From Mobula hypostoma (Eukaryota): 64,000 nt of DNA. The notes below the pieces were generated by a model. It saw only the letters and a program-made list of their open reading frames with translations, was not told the origin of the DNA and searched no databases. The stretch is from NCBI RefSeq assembly GCF_963921235.1, contig NC_086097.1:558001-622000 (forward strand), written 5' to 3'. Within the stretch, counting starts at the first letter, position 1; each line of letters opens with the position of its first letter. This document shows positions 49,531 to 62,564 of the stretch, piece by piece. A program made the translations under genes and the position numbers.

Positions 49531-49815
49531 TCATGAGCAGAGGGGAAATGGGAAATTGGGAAAAGTGAAGGAGAGCATGTGGTGAAAGTGCGGGAGGGGG
49601 TACAGAAAGCATGTGAGGAGTGTACTGCAAGTTGAGAGAGTGCACCATCTGTCAACATTACCCATGCCATTCAAATATGCAATTGGAATTGACCAGCTGT
49701 CTTGGCTGGATGGGATTTGTGTTCCTCTCAAGACCATACTTCTGGCATCAGTTACTACAAGTGTTTGTGTGATCCCAGGCTTCATCTCAGCTTCATACAC
49801 CTGAAATAGGATTAC

Positions 49816-49922
49816 CTGGTCCAGTGACACTCAAAGAAAGCGGAGTAGTAGACGATGAATGGCAGCAATACGGAAAATGTCCACAGAAGCAAAGTTGGGA
49901 AGAACTGGGTCACAATAGGATT
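49816..49922 (-). CDS. TMEM63C: TMEM63/OSCA (CSC1-like) channel, internal coding exon (first in this window), 107 nt
   Basis: Minus strand reads tttcag|AATCCT...ACCAG|gtaat. Translates [35 protein letters not shown](R), a characteristic TMEM63 transmembrane segment. Phase 0 to 2. Confidence 0.93.
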
Positions 49923-50359
49923 CTGAAACAGAATGAAGCAATGTTAGACAGAGAGACCAGAGAGGCTGAAAAACAAGGCAATGCCAACACAAGAGCTACT
50001 AAACCTGTCAATAAGCAAGGCAGAACACTCTTCTAAAGTCAAGACAAAAAGCAACTTGTTAACTCTCCTGTGACAGAGCTGAGAACTGACCAAAGACTGA
50101 GGACAGTGAACAGCATGGCTGCACAAACAAGGCTGGTACATTTCACCAGCAGAGCGTGAATGGAGTTGGCCACTTCCCTGAGTACAATGAAAGTCAAAAA
50201 TAAAACTACTGATGCTGGGAATATCGTCAATTACAGTTGTAAAATACCCTTAGACCACCATGATTACACAGACCTATTTATATTAATCCCACCAACCAGT
50301 ATTAATTCTACATCCTTCGATGCCCTGCTCCTTCAGATGTCCAGATGCTTCTTTAATAG

Positions 50360-53300
50360 GACCATAAGACCATAAGACAAAGGAGCAGAAGTTGGCCATT
50401 CGGCCCATCGAGTCTGCTCCGCCATTTTATCATGAGCTGATCCATTCTCCCATTTAGTCCCACTACCCCGCCTTCTCACCTTAACCTTTGATGCCCTGGC
50501 TACTCAGATACCTATCAATCTCTGCCTTAAATACATCCAATGACTTGGCCTCCACTGCTGCCCATGGCAACAAATTCCATAGATTCACCACCCTCTGACT
50601 AAAAAAATTTCTTCGCATTTCTGTTCTGAATGGGCGCCCTTCAATCCTTAATTCATGCCCTCTCGAACTAGACTCCCCCATCATGGGAAACAACTTTGCC
50701 ACATCCACTCTGTCCATGCCTTTCAACATTCGAAATGTTTCTCTGAGGTCTCCTCTCATTCTTCAATGTTCTTACTGTTCCTGCCTATCTTTGTATTATC
50801 CACAAATGGTCACAAACCCATCAACTTCTTCATCCAAACCATTGACATATAATGTAAAAAGAAGTGGTTCCATCACCAACTCCTGCAGAACACAACTAGG
50901 CACTGGCAGCCAACCAGAAAAGGCTTCCTTTATTTCCACTCTTTGCCTCCTGCCAGTCAGCCAATTCTCTATCCATTCTAGTACCTTTCCTGTAATACCA
51001 CGGGCTCTTACCTTGTTAAGCAGCCTCATGTGCAGCACTTTGTCAAAGGCCTTCTGCAAATCCAAGAAAACAACATCCACTGACTCTCCTTTGTCTATTA
51101 GACCATAAGATACAGGAACAGAGTTAGGCCATTTGGCCCATCGTGTCTGCTCCGCTTCCCTCTCAGCCCCAATCTCCTGCCTTCTCCTCGTATCTCTTCA
51201 TGCCCTGACCAGTCAAGAATCTACCAACCTCTGCTTTAAATATACATAATGACTTGGCCTCCACAGCCCCCTATGGCAGCCAATTACACAGATTCACCAC
51301 TCTCTGGCTAAAGATATTCCTCCTCATCTCCGTTTCAAGTGGATGTTGCTCGATTCTGAGAATGTGTCCTCTGGCCTTAGACTCCCCCATCATAGTCCTC
51401 TCCATATCCACCCTATCAATGCCCTTCAATCTTCAAAATGTATCAGTGAGGTCGTCCCTCATTCTTCTGAATTCTAACGAGTGGAGAACCAGAGCCATCA
51501 AACACTCCTTGTATGACAAGCCTTTCAATCCTGGAATAATTTTCATGTATGTCCTTTGAACCCTCCCCAACGTCAGCACATCCTTTCTTAGATAAGGGGC
51601 CCTTAATGTCCCAAACAAGGTCTCACCAGTGACTTACAAAGCCTTAAAATTGCATTCTTGCTTTATAGAAACATAGAAAACCTACAGCACAATACAGGCC
51701 CTTTGGCCCACAAAGCCATGCCAAACATGTCCTCACTTTAGAACTACCTAGGCTTACCCATAGCCCTCCATTTTCCTAAGCTCCATGTACCTATCTAGGA
51801 GTCGCTCAAAAAACTCTATCGTTTCCGCCTCCACCACCGTCGTCAGCAGCCCATTCCACGCACTCACCACTCTCTACGTAAAAAACTTACCCCTGACATC
51901 TCCTCTGTACCGACTTCCAAGCACCCGAAAATGATGCCCTCTTGTGTTAGCCATCTCAGCCCTGGGAAAAAGCTTCAGACTATCCACAGAGTCAACCTGC
52001 GGAGCAGCTTCCAGTGTCCTATGGACTCAGACACCAAGATCCCTCTGATCCTCCACACTGCCAAGAGTCTTACCATTAATGCTATATTCTGCCATCATAT
52101 TGAACCGAGCAAAATGAACCACCTCACACTTATCTGGGTTGAACTCCATCTGTCACTTCTCAGCCCAGTTTTGCATCCTATCAATATCCTGCTGTAACCT
52201 TTGACAGCCGTCCACACTATCCACAACACCCCCAACCTTCGTGTCGTCAGCAAATATACTAACCCATCCCTCCACTTCCTCATCCAGGTCATTTATAAAA
52301 ATCACGAATAGTAAGGATCCCAGAACAGATCCCTGAGGCACACCACTAGTCACCGACCTCCATGCGGAATATGACCCGTCTACAACCACTCTTTGCCTTC
52401 TGTGGGCAAGCCAGTTCTGTATCCACAAAGCAATGTCCCCTTGGATCCCATGCCTCCTTACCTTCTCAATATGCCTTGCATCGGGTACCTTATCAAATGC
52501 CTTGCTGAAATCCATATACACTACATCTACTGCTCTACCTTCATCACTGTGTTTAGTTACATCCTCAAAAAATTCAATCAGGCTCGTAAGGCACGACCTA
52601 CCCTTGACAAAGCCATGCTGACTATTCCTAATCATATTATGCCTCTCCAAATGTTTATAAATCCGGCCTCTCACGATCTTCTCCATCAACTTACCAAACA
52701 CTGAAGTAAGACTCACTGGTCTATAATTTCCTGGGCGATCTCTACTCCCTTTCTTGAATAAGGGAACAACATCTGCAACCCTCCCATCCTCCGGACTATC
52801 TCTCATCCTCATTGATGATGCAAAGATCATCGCCAGATGCTCAGCAATTTCCTCCCTCGCTTCCCACAGTAGCCTGGGGTATATCCCATTTGGTCCCAGT
52901 AATGTATCCAACTTGATGCTCTCCAAAAGCTCCAGCGCATCCTCTTCCTTAATATCTACATGCTCAAGCTCTTCGGTCCACTGCAAGTCATCCCTACAAT
53001 CAACAAGATCCTTTTCCGTAGTGAATACTGAAGCCTGGCACTTGAAGTAGCCATTCCTGCCCCTGCACCATCCAAGTCTCTGTAATGGCCACAACATCAT
53101 AGCTCCAAGTTCTAAGCTCATCCGCTTTGTTCATAATACTCCTCGCATTAAAATAGACATATATCAAACCATCGGTTTGAGCATGTCCCTCTGCTATTTC
53201 CTCTGGTTTCATACACACTTTTCCACTGTCACACTTGATTGGTCCTATTCTCTCATGCCTTATCCTCCTGCTCTTCACGTACTTGTAGAATGCCTTGGGG

Positions 53301-55480
53301 TTTTCCTTAAACCTGCCTGCCAAGGGCTTCTCATGGCCCCTTCTGGCTCTCCTAATTCCATTCTTGAGCTCCTTCCTGCTAACCTTATAATCTTCTAGAT
53401 CTCTGTCATTACCTAGTTTTTTGAACCTTTCATAAGCTCTTCTTTTCTTCTTGACTAGATTTACAACATTCTTTGTACACCATGGTTCCTGTACCCTACC
53501 TTCCTTTCCCTGTCTCATTGGAACGTAACTATGCAGAACCTTATGCAAATATCCCCTGAACATTTGCCACATTTCTTCCATACGTTTCCCTGAGAACATC
53601 TGTTTCCAATTTATGCTTCCAAGTTCCTGCCTGATAGCCTCGTATTTTCCCTTGCTCCAATTAAACGTTTCCCTAACTTGTCTGTTTCTATCCTGCTCCA
53701 ATGATATGGTAAAGGAGATAGAATTGTGATCACTATCTCCAAAATGCTCCCCCACTGAGAGACCTGACACCTGACCAGGTTCATTTCCCAATACCAGATC
53801 AAGTACAGCCTCTCCTCTTGTAGGCTTTACCTACATATTCTCTCTAGAAACCTTCCTGAACATACCTAACAAACTCCACTCCATCTAAACCCCTCACTCC
53901 AGGGAGATGCCAATCAATATTTGGGAAATTAAAATATATCACCACAACAACCCTGTTATTTTTACACCTTTGCAGAATCTGTCTCTCTATCTGCTCCTCG
54001 ATGTCCCTGTTACTATTGGGTGGTCTATAAAAAACACCCAGTAGAGTTATTGACCCCTTCCTATTCCTAACTTCCACCCACAGAGACTCCGTAGACAATC
54101 CCTCCATGTCTTCCCCCTTTTCTATGGCCGTGACACTATCTCTGATCAACAGTTCCATGTCCCCACCTCTTCTGCCTCCCTCCCTGTCCTTTCTGAAACA
54201 TCGGAAGCCTGACACTTGAAGTAGCCATTCCTGCCCCTGCACCATCCAAGTCTCTGTAATGGCCATAACATCATAGCTCCAAGTTCTAAGCTCATCCGCT
54301 TTGTTCATAATACTCCTCGCATTAAAATAGACATATATCAAACCATCGGTTTGAGCATGTCCCTTTTCTATCACCTGCCTATCCTCCCTTTCGCACTGTC
54401 TCCAAGCTTTCTCTATTTGTGAGCCAACCTCCCTTACCTCCGTCACTTCAGTTCGGTTCCCACCCCCCAGCAATTCTAGTTTAAACTCTCCCCAGTAGCC
54501 TTAGTAAACCTACCCACCAGGATATTGGTCCCCCTGGGATTCAAGTGCAACCCGTCCTTTTTGTACAAGTCACACCTGCCCCAAAAGAGGTCCCAATGAT
54601 CCAGAAATCTGAATCCCTGCCCTCTGCTCCAATCCCTCGGCCACGCATTCGTCCTCCACCTCATTCTATTCCTGTACTCACTGTCACACGGCACAGGCAG
54701 TAATCCCAAGATTATTACCTTAGAGGTCCTGCTTCTCAACTTCCTTCCTAACTCTCTGTAGTCCCTTTCCCTACCTATGTTGTTGGTACCAATATGTACC
54801 ATGACCTCTGACTGTTCTCCTTCCCACTTCAAGATATTGTGTACATGATCAGAAACAGCTTGGACCCTGGTACCTGGGAGGCAAACTACCATCCATGTTT
54901 CTTTCCTGCGTCCACAGATTCGCCTGTCTGACCCCCTAACTATAGAGTCCCCTATCACTGCTGCCATCCTCTTCCTTTCCCTCCCCTCCTGAGCCACAGG
55001 GCCAGTCTCTGTGACAGAGGTGCGGCCACTGTTGCTTCTCACAGGTAGGTCTAGTCCTCTCGAAAAGAACTTTAACATAACATTTGCTTTCCTCACCACC
55101 GATTCAACCTGCAAATTAATCTTTAGGAAATCCTGCATTAGGACTCTCAAATCCCTTTGCACCACAGATTTTTGAATTTTCTCTCCATTTAGAAAATAGT
55201 CTATGCCTTTATTTCTTCTACCAAAGCACATGACCACACTTCCCAAAACTGTATTCCATCTACCACTTCTTTACCCATTTCCTGATCTGTCTAAGTCCTT
55301 CTCCAGCCTCTCTACTTCCTCAAAACTACCTGCCCCTCCACCTATCTTCAAACTTGGCCACAAAGCCATCAATTTCATCATCGAAATCATTGACATATAA
55401 CATAAAAAGAAACAGACCTAACACAGATCTGTGTGGAACACCACTAGTCACCAGCAGCCAACCAGAAAAGGCTCCCTTTA
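50360..55480 (-). mobile_element. Stack of minus-strand CR1 pieces, including a long deleted copy at ~51665-55050
   Basis: ORFs 50481..50759, 50796..51080, 52153..53121 (FADDTK), 53000..53791, 53844..54473 and 54476..55246 (esterase GDS, GTN, DGLHL). Confidence 0.88.
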
Positions 55481-58400
55481 TAGAACAAAGAATATAGAAT
55501 AGTACAGTACAGGCCCTTCGGCCCACAATGTTGTGCCGACACTGAAACCCTGCCTCCCATATAAGCCCCCACCTTAAATTCCTCCATATACCTGTCTAGT
55601 AGTCTCTTAAACTTCATTAGTGTATCTGCCTCCACCACTGACTCAGACAGTGCATTCCACGCACCAACCACTCTCTGAGTAAAAAACCTTCCTCTAATAT
55701 CCCCCTTGAACTTCCCACCCCTTACCTTAAAGCCATGTCCTCTTGTATTGAGAGTGGTGCCCTGGGGAAGAGGCGCTGGCTGTCCACTCTATCCATTCCC
55801 CTTACTATCTTGTATACCTCTATCATGTCTCCTCTCATTCTCCTTCCCTCCAAAGAGTAAAGCCCTGGCTCCTTTAATCTCTGATCATAATGCATACTCT
55901 CTAAACCAGGCAGCATCCTGGTAAATCTCCTCTGTACCCTTTCCAATGCTTCCCCATCCCTCCTATAGTGAGGCAACCAGAACTGGACACAGTACTCCAA
56001 GTGTGGCCCAACCAGAGTTTTATAGAGCTGCATCATTACCCTGCGACTCTTAAACTCTATCCCTCGACTTATGAAAGCTAACACTCCATAAGCTTTCTTA
56101 ACTACCCTATCTACCTGTGAGGCAACTTTCAGGGATCTGTGGACATGTACCCCCAGATCCCTCTGCTCCTCCATACTTCCAAGTATCCTGCCATTTACTT
56201 TGTACTCTGCCTTGGAGTTTGTCCTTCCAAAGTGTACCACCTCACACTTCTCTGGGTTGAACTCCATCTGCCACTTCTCAGCCCACTTCTGCATCCTATC
56301 AATGTCTCTCTGCAATCTTCGACAATCCTCTACACTATCCACAATGCCACCAACTTTTGTGTCATCTGCAAACCTGCCAACACACCCTTTTACCCCCACA
56401 TCCAGGTTATCAATAAAAATCACGAAAAGTAGAGGTCTCAGAACTGCTCCTTGTGGGACACCACTAGTCACAACCCTCCAATCTGAATGTACTCCCTCCA
56501 CCACGACCCTCTGCTTTCTGCAGGCAAGCTAATTCTGAATCCACCTGGCCAAACTTCCCTGGATCCCATGCCTTCTGACTTTCTGAATAAGCCTACCGTG
56601 TGGATCACATCCACTACACTACCCTCATCTATATGCCTGGTCACCTCCTCAAAGAACTCTGTCAGGCTTGTTAGACACAATCTGCCCTTCACAAAGCCAT
56701 GCTGACTGTCCCTGATCAGACCATGATTCTCTAAATGCCTATAGAGCCTATCTCTAAGAATCTTTTCCAACAGCTTTCCCACCACAGACATAAGGCTCAC
56801 TGGTTTATAATTACCCGGACTATCCCTACTACCTTTTTTGAACAAGGGGACAACATTCACCTCCCTCCAATCGTCCGGTACCATTCCCGTGGACAACGAG
56901 GACATAAAAGATCCTAGCCAGAGGCTCAGCAATCTCTTCCATCACCTCGTGGAGCAGCCTGGGGAATATTCCGTCAGACCCCGGGGACTTATCCGTCCTA
57001 ATGTATTTTAACAAATCCAACACCTCCTCTCCCTGAATATCAACATGCTCCAGAACATCAACCTCACTCATATTGTTCTCACCATCATCAAGTTCCCTCT
57101 CATTGGTGAATACCGAAAAGAAGTATTCATTGAGGACCTCGCTCACTTCCACTGCCTCCAGGCACATCTTCCCACCTATATCTCTAATTGGTCCTATATT
57201 CACTCCTGTCATCCTTTAGTTCTTCACATAATTGAAGAATGCCTTGGGGTTTTCCTTTACCCTACTCGCCAAGGCCTTTTCATGCCCTCTTCTTGCTCTC
57301 CTCAGCCCCTTCTTAAGCTTCTTTCTTGCTACCCTATATTCCCCAATAGACCCATCTGATCCTTGCTTCCTAAACCTCATGTATGCTGTCTTCTTCCACC
57401 TGACTAGATTCTCCACCTCACTTGTCATCCATGGTTCCTTCACCCTACCATTCTTTATCTTCCTCACCGGGACAAATTTATTCCTAACATCCTGCAAGAC
57501 ATCCCTAAACATCGACCACATGTCCATAGTACACTTCCCTGCAAAAAACATCATCCCAATTCATACTCGCAAGTTCTAGTTTTATAGCCTCATAATTTGC
57601 CCTTCCCCAATTAAAAATTTTCCAGTTCTCTCTGATTCTATCCTTTTCCATGATAATGTTAAAGGCCAGGCAGCGATGGTCACTGTCCCCCAGATGTTCA
57701 CCCACTGAGAGATCTGTGACCTGACCTGGTTTGTTACCTAATACTAGATCTATTTTGGCATTCCCCCGAATGGGCCTGTGAATATACTGTGACAGGAATC
57801 CATCCTGGACACACTTAACAAACTCTGCCCCATCTAAACCATTGGAACGAATCAGGTGCCAATCAATATTAGGGAAGTTAAAGTCACCTATGATAACAAC
57901 CCTGTTACTTTTGCACCTTTCCAAAATCTGCTTCCCAGTCTGCTCCTCGGTATCTCTGCTGCTACCAGGGGGCCTAAGGAATATTCCCAATAGAGTAACT
58001 GCTCCCTTCCTGTTCCTGACTTCCACCCATACTGACTCAAAAGAGGATCCTGCTACATTACCCACCTTTTCTGTAGCTGTAATAGTATCCCTGACCAGTA
58101 ATGCCACCCCTCCTTCCCTTTCCCCCCCTCTCTATCCCTTTTAAAGCACAGAAATCCAGGAATATTGAGAATCCATTCCTGCCCTGGTGCCAGCCAAGTC
58201 CCTGCAATGGCCACTGCATCATAATTCCATGTATGTATCCAAGCTCTCAGTTCTTCACTTTTGTTCCTGATGCTTCTTACATTGAAGTACACACACTTCA
58301 GCCCTTCTGCCTTCCTACCTTTACACCCTTTATTCTGTTTCTCTTTCATCAAAGCCTCCTTATATTTTAGATCTGGCTTTACTCCGTTCCCACTCTTGCC
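55480..58400 (-). mobile_element. 5'-truncated CR1 ORF2, same family as 30588-35128, inserted in an older CR1 (~55050-55480 + ~58390-60750)
   Basis: ORFs 55722..56504, 56468..56932, 56829..57212, 57216..57554, 57505..58107 and 58053..58409 closely match ORFs in 31920-34823. Confidence 0.9.
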
Positions 58401-60750
58401 TTCTGACAATCAGCCAATGCTGTGTCTACGCTAGTACCTTTCCTGTAATGTCATGGGCTCTGAAGTTAATCAGCCTCATGTGTGGCACCTTGACAAAGGC
58501 CTTCTGAAAATCCAGATATGCAACATCCACAGATTATTTTCTGTCTATTCTGCTTGTTATTTCTTCAAAGAATTCCATACAATAGATTTGTCAAGCAAGA
58601 CTTCTCCTTGAGGAAACCATGCTGACTGCTGCTTATTTTATCATGTGCCTCCAAGTATCCCAGAAACTACATCCTCAACAATCAACTCCAACATCTTCCC
58701 AAATACTGAGGTCAGACTAACTGGCCTATAATTTCCTTTTGTCTGCCTCTCCCCCTTTTTGAAGAGTGGAGTGAAATTTGCAATTTTCACTCCTCCGGAA
58801 CCATGCCAGAATCTATTGATTCTCGAATGATCATTGCTAATGCCTCCCAAATCTCTTCAGCTACCTCCATCAGACCTCTGGGGTGTGGACTTATCTACCT
58901 CCAGACCTTTTAGTTTCCCAAGCACCTTCTCCCTAGTAATGGCAACTTCAGTCCCCTGACACCCTCAAACTTACGGCATACTACTAGTGTCTTCCAGAGT
59001 GAGGACTGACGCAAATTACTTATTCAATTCACCCGCCATTTCCTTGGCTCCCATTACCACCACTCCAGCATAATTTTCCTGCAGCCTGATATCTACTGTC
59101 GCCTCTCTTTCACACCTGATATATCTGTAGAAACATTTTGTATCCTCTTTCATACTATTGGCTAGCTTACCTTCGTATTCTATCTTTTCCTTCTTTATGA
59201 AATTTTAGTTGCCTTCACCTTCTGCTAGTTTTTAATTAATTCCCAATCTCTAACTTTTTACTAATTTTTGCTCTATTATATGCCCTGTCTTAGGCTTTTT
59301 TTTGTTGGCTTTGACTTCTCCTGTCAGCCATGGTTGATTCATCCTGCTTTCAGAATACTACTACTTCTTGGGGATGTATGAGCCATTGCTGCTCTGCCAT
59401 CATCCTTTATCTGAGCTTATCTTCTCCTTCTCAAACTGCAGAGTGAATTCTACCATATTATGATCACTGACTCCTCAGGGTTCCTTTACCTCAAGCTCCC
59501 TAATCAAATCTGATTCATTACACAGCACCCAATCCAGAACTGCTTTTCAACCAGTGGGCACAATCTGCTCTGAAAAGCCATCTCATAGGCATTCTATGAA
59601 TTCTCTCTATTGAGATCCAGCACCAGTTTGATTTTCCCAATATATCTGCATATTGAAATTCTATCGTAACATTGCCCTATTGACATGACTTTTCTGTCTC
59701 CCATTGTAACCTGTGGCTACTGTTCAGAGGCCTATATATAACTCCCATCAGGGTAATTTTACCCTTGTAGTTTCTTAACTCTGCCTGAAAGAATTCTACA
59801 TCTTCTGATCCCATGTCACCTCTTTCTAAGGATTTGATTTCATTTTTTTTTACTAAGAGCCATGCCACCGCTTTTGTCTTCTTGCCTATCCTTCCAATAC
59901 AATGTGTATCCTTGGATGTTAAGCTCCCAACTATGATCTTTCTTCAGCCACAACTCAACGATGCCCACAAAGTCATAGCTGCCAATCTATAATGTACTAC
60001 AAGATCATCTACCTTATTCCGCATACTTTGTGTATTCTAATATCATACCTTCAGACCTACATTTATCACCCTTTTTGATTTTGCCCTCATGTTACACTTC
60101 GGCTCATCCCACTGACTGCAATTTTGCCATATCATCTGCCTGCACTTCCTCACAGTCTCACTGCACACTGCATCTGCTTGCATACCAACTGCCCATCTTC
60201 AACCTTATCACTCTGGTTCCCATCTCCCTGCCAGATTAGTTTAAATCCTCCCAAAACTCTAGCAAATCTGCTTGCAAAGAGATTGGCCCCCCTTGGGTTC
60301 AAGTATAACCCATCCTTTTTTCTACAGGTCATACATTCCCCAGAAGAGATCCCAATGATCCTGAAAACTGAAAGCCTGTCCCCTGCATCAGGCCTCAGCC
60401 ACTCATTCATCTGTACAACATCCTATTCCTATCTTGGCTAGCACGTGGCACTGTGAGTAATCCAGACATTACTACCTTGGAGGTGCTTCACTTCAGCCTC
60501 TTCTCTAACTCCTTGTGCTCTTGTGCTCACTGCACAGGACCTCTTCACTTTCTCTATCTAAGTCATTGGTGCCATTGTGCATCACAACCTCAGGCTGTTC
60601 ACTTTCCCTCTTGAGAACATTCTGCAGTTGCTCTGAGACATCCTGGACCTTAGCACCTGGAATGCAACACACCATCCTGGCGTCTTTTCGCAGCCACAGA
60701 ATCTCCTAACTGTCTAACTGTCTCCTATGCAGTTGAATCCCCAGGTTATT
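58390..60750 (-). mobile_element. Old degenerate CR1 (ORF1 esterase to RT)
   Basis: [38 protein letters not shown]. Confidence 0.75.
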
Positions 60751-60799
60751 TTTACCCCAGGATGGAAATGCCAACACTAGAGGGAATAGGTTTAAGGTA

Positions 60800-61130
60800 A
60801 GAGGGGGAAAATTTAGATTGGGAATCTGGTTTCCGACGCAAACTGCGATGAGCGCATTTGAGCAATGGAGGATCATTCAGGAATTCAGAGCTAAACGCTT
60901 CCTTTAAAAGTTGAGAAAAGAATATTAAAGGGTCCCCATCCTCGACATCCTTAGGGAGACCAATTAAACGTAAGTTCTGTCTTCTAGATCGATTATCAAG
61001 ATCAATGATCTTAGATTTTAAACTCTCCAATTGTTTAGACATCGAAGACACTTTTTGTTCCAGAGTCTCTATTTTCTGATCTCTCTTCTGAGTTTCCTCC
61101 TCCAAAAATTTAAATAAAATTTTTACGGTA
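60800..61130 (-). mobile_element. L1-type ORF1 fragment
   Basis: IIDLDNRSRRQNLRLIGLP...AHR in ORF 60752..61186. Confidence 0.75.
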
Positions 61131-61184
61131 AGAACTTTTTTTACAGAGGGAGTGCCAGGTGCTAGGCTCTGCATTTCACCTGAC

Positions 61185-61612
61185 ACAAGCTCAATGGCTC
61201 TCCACTCTGCTTTGGAGCACCTAGACTACAACAAAACATACATCAGGCTGCAGTTTATCGATTACAGCTCAGCGTTCAACTCCATCATTTTTTTCTGTAT
61301 TAATCACCAAGCTTCTAAACCTGGGCCTCAGTACCTCCCTCTGCAACTGAATCCTCGACAACTTCATCAGGAAATAACATCTCTTCACTGACAATCAACA
61401 CCAGTGTACCTCAAGGGTATGTGCTTAGCCCACAGCTCTACTCTCTCTACATTCATGACTGTGAGGCTGAAACACAATTTATAAATTTGTAAAAGACACC
61501 ACTGTTATTGGCAAAATTTTAGATGGCACAAATGAGGTGTGAGGTATATCAGTTGGTTGAGTGGTGTCACAACAGAAGCCTTGCACAATGTCATTTAAGA
61601 CTAAGGAATTGA
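61185..61612 (+). mobile_element. Rex1/Babar-like RT fragment
   Basis: ALHSALEHLD..TYIRLQFIDYSSAFNSI. Confidence 0.8.
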
Positions 61613-62560
61613 TCATAAGACCATAAAACATAGCAGCAGAATTAGGCCATTCAGCCCATCGAATCTGCTACACCATTCCATCATGGCTGATCCTGAATCC
61701 CACTCATCCCCATACTCCTGCCTTCTCGCCAGATCCTTTGATGCCCTGACTGATCGGGAAACCATCAACTTCCACCTTAAATATACCCACAGACTTGGCC
61801 TCCACCACAGTCTGTGGCAGAGCATTCCACAGATTCACTACATCTGACTAAAAAAATTCCTCCTTACATCTGTTCTAAAAGGTCACCCCTCAATTTTGAG
61901 GCTGCGCCCTCTAGTTCTGGATACCCCAACCGTAGGAAATATCCTCCCCACATCAACCCTATCTATTTTTTTACCGTGCCCATGGTCTGCTCTTTATCAA
62001 ATTACGGTAATGCTTTGCACTGTTGTAACTATATGTTATAATTATGTGGTTTTGTCAGTTTTACTCTTGGTTTGTTCTGTGTTTCTGTGATATCTTTCTG
62101 GAGGAACATTGTATCATTTCTTAATGCATGCATGCATTTCTAAATGACAATAAACGAGGACTGAGTGTCCTCATAATCTAATCTAATCCTTTCAACATTC
62201 ATTAGGTTTCAAAGAGATGCCCCACATTCTTCTAAAGTCCAATGAGTACAGGCCCAAAGCTGCCAAATACTCTTCAAATGTTAACCCCTTTATTCCTGGA
62301 ATCACACTTGTGAACCACCTCTGGACTCTCTCCAATGACAACACATTCTTTCTGAGATATGGGGCCTAAAACTGTTGACAATACTCCAAACGCAGCCTGA
62401 CTAGTGTCTTATAAGTCATATGATTATCTCCTTGCTTTTATATTCTCTTCCCATTGAAATAAATGCCAACATTGCATTTGCCTTCTTTACCTCAGACTCA
62501 ACCTGTAAATTAACCTCTGGGAGTCTTGAACAAGGACTCTTAAATCCCTCTGCACCTCTG
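61613..62560 (-). mobile_element. CR1 3' fragment with an inserted LINE 3' end (~61965-62187, tctaa tail)
   Basis: Starts with the cataagaccata tail. ORF 62416..62604 has VNLQVESEVKKANAMLAFIS. Confidence 0.7.
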
Positions 62561-62564
62561 ATAA

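Noticed and set aside
49944..50230. Hydrophobic minus-strand ORFs as a further TMEM63 exon
   Set aside because: No match to the expected upstream segment (FFLTTP-type motif) and no convincing donor site.
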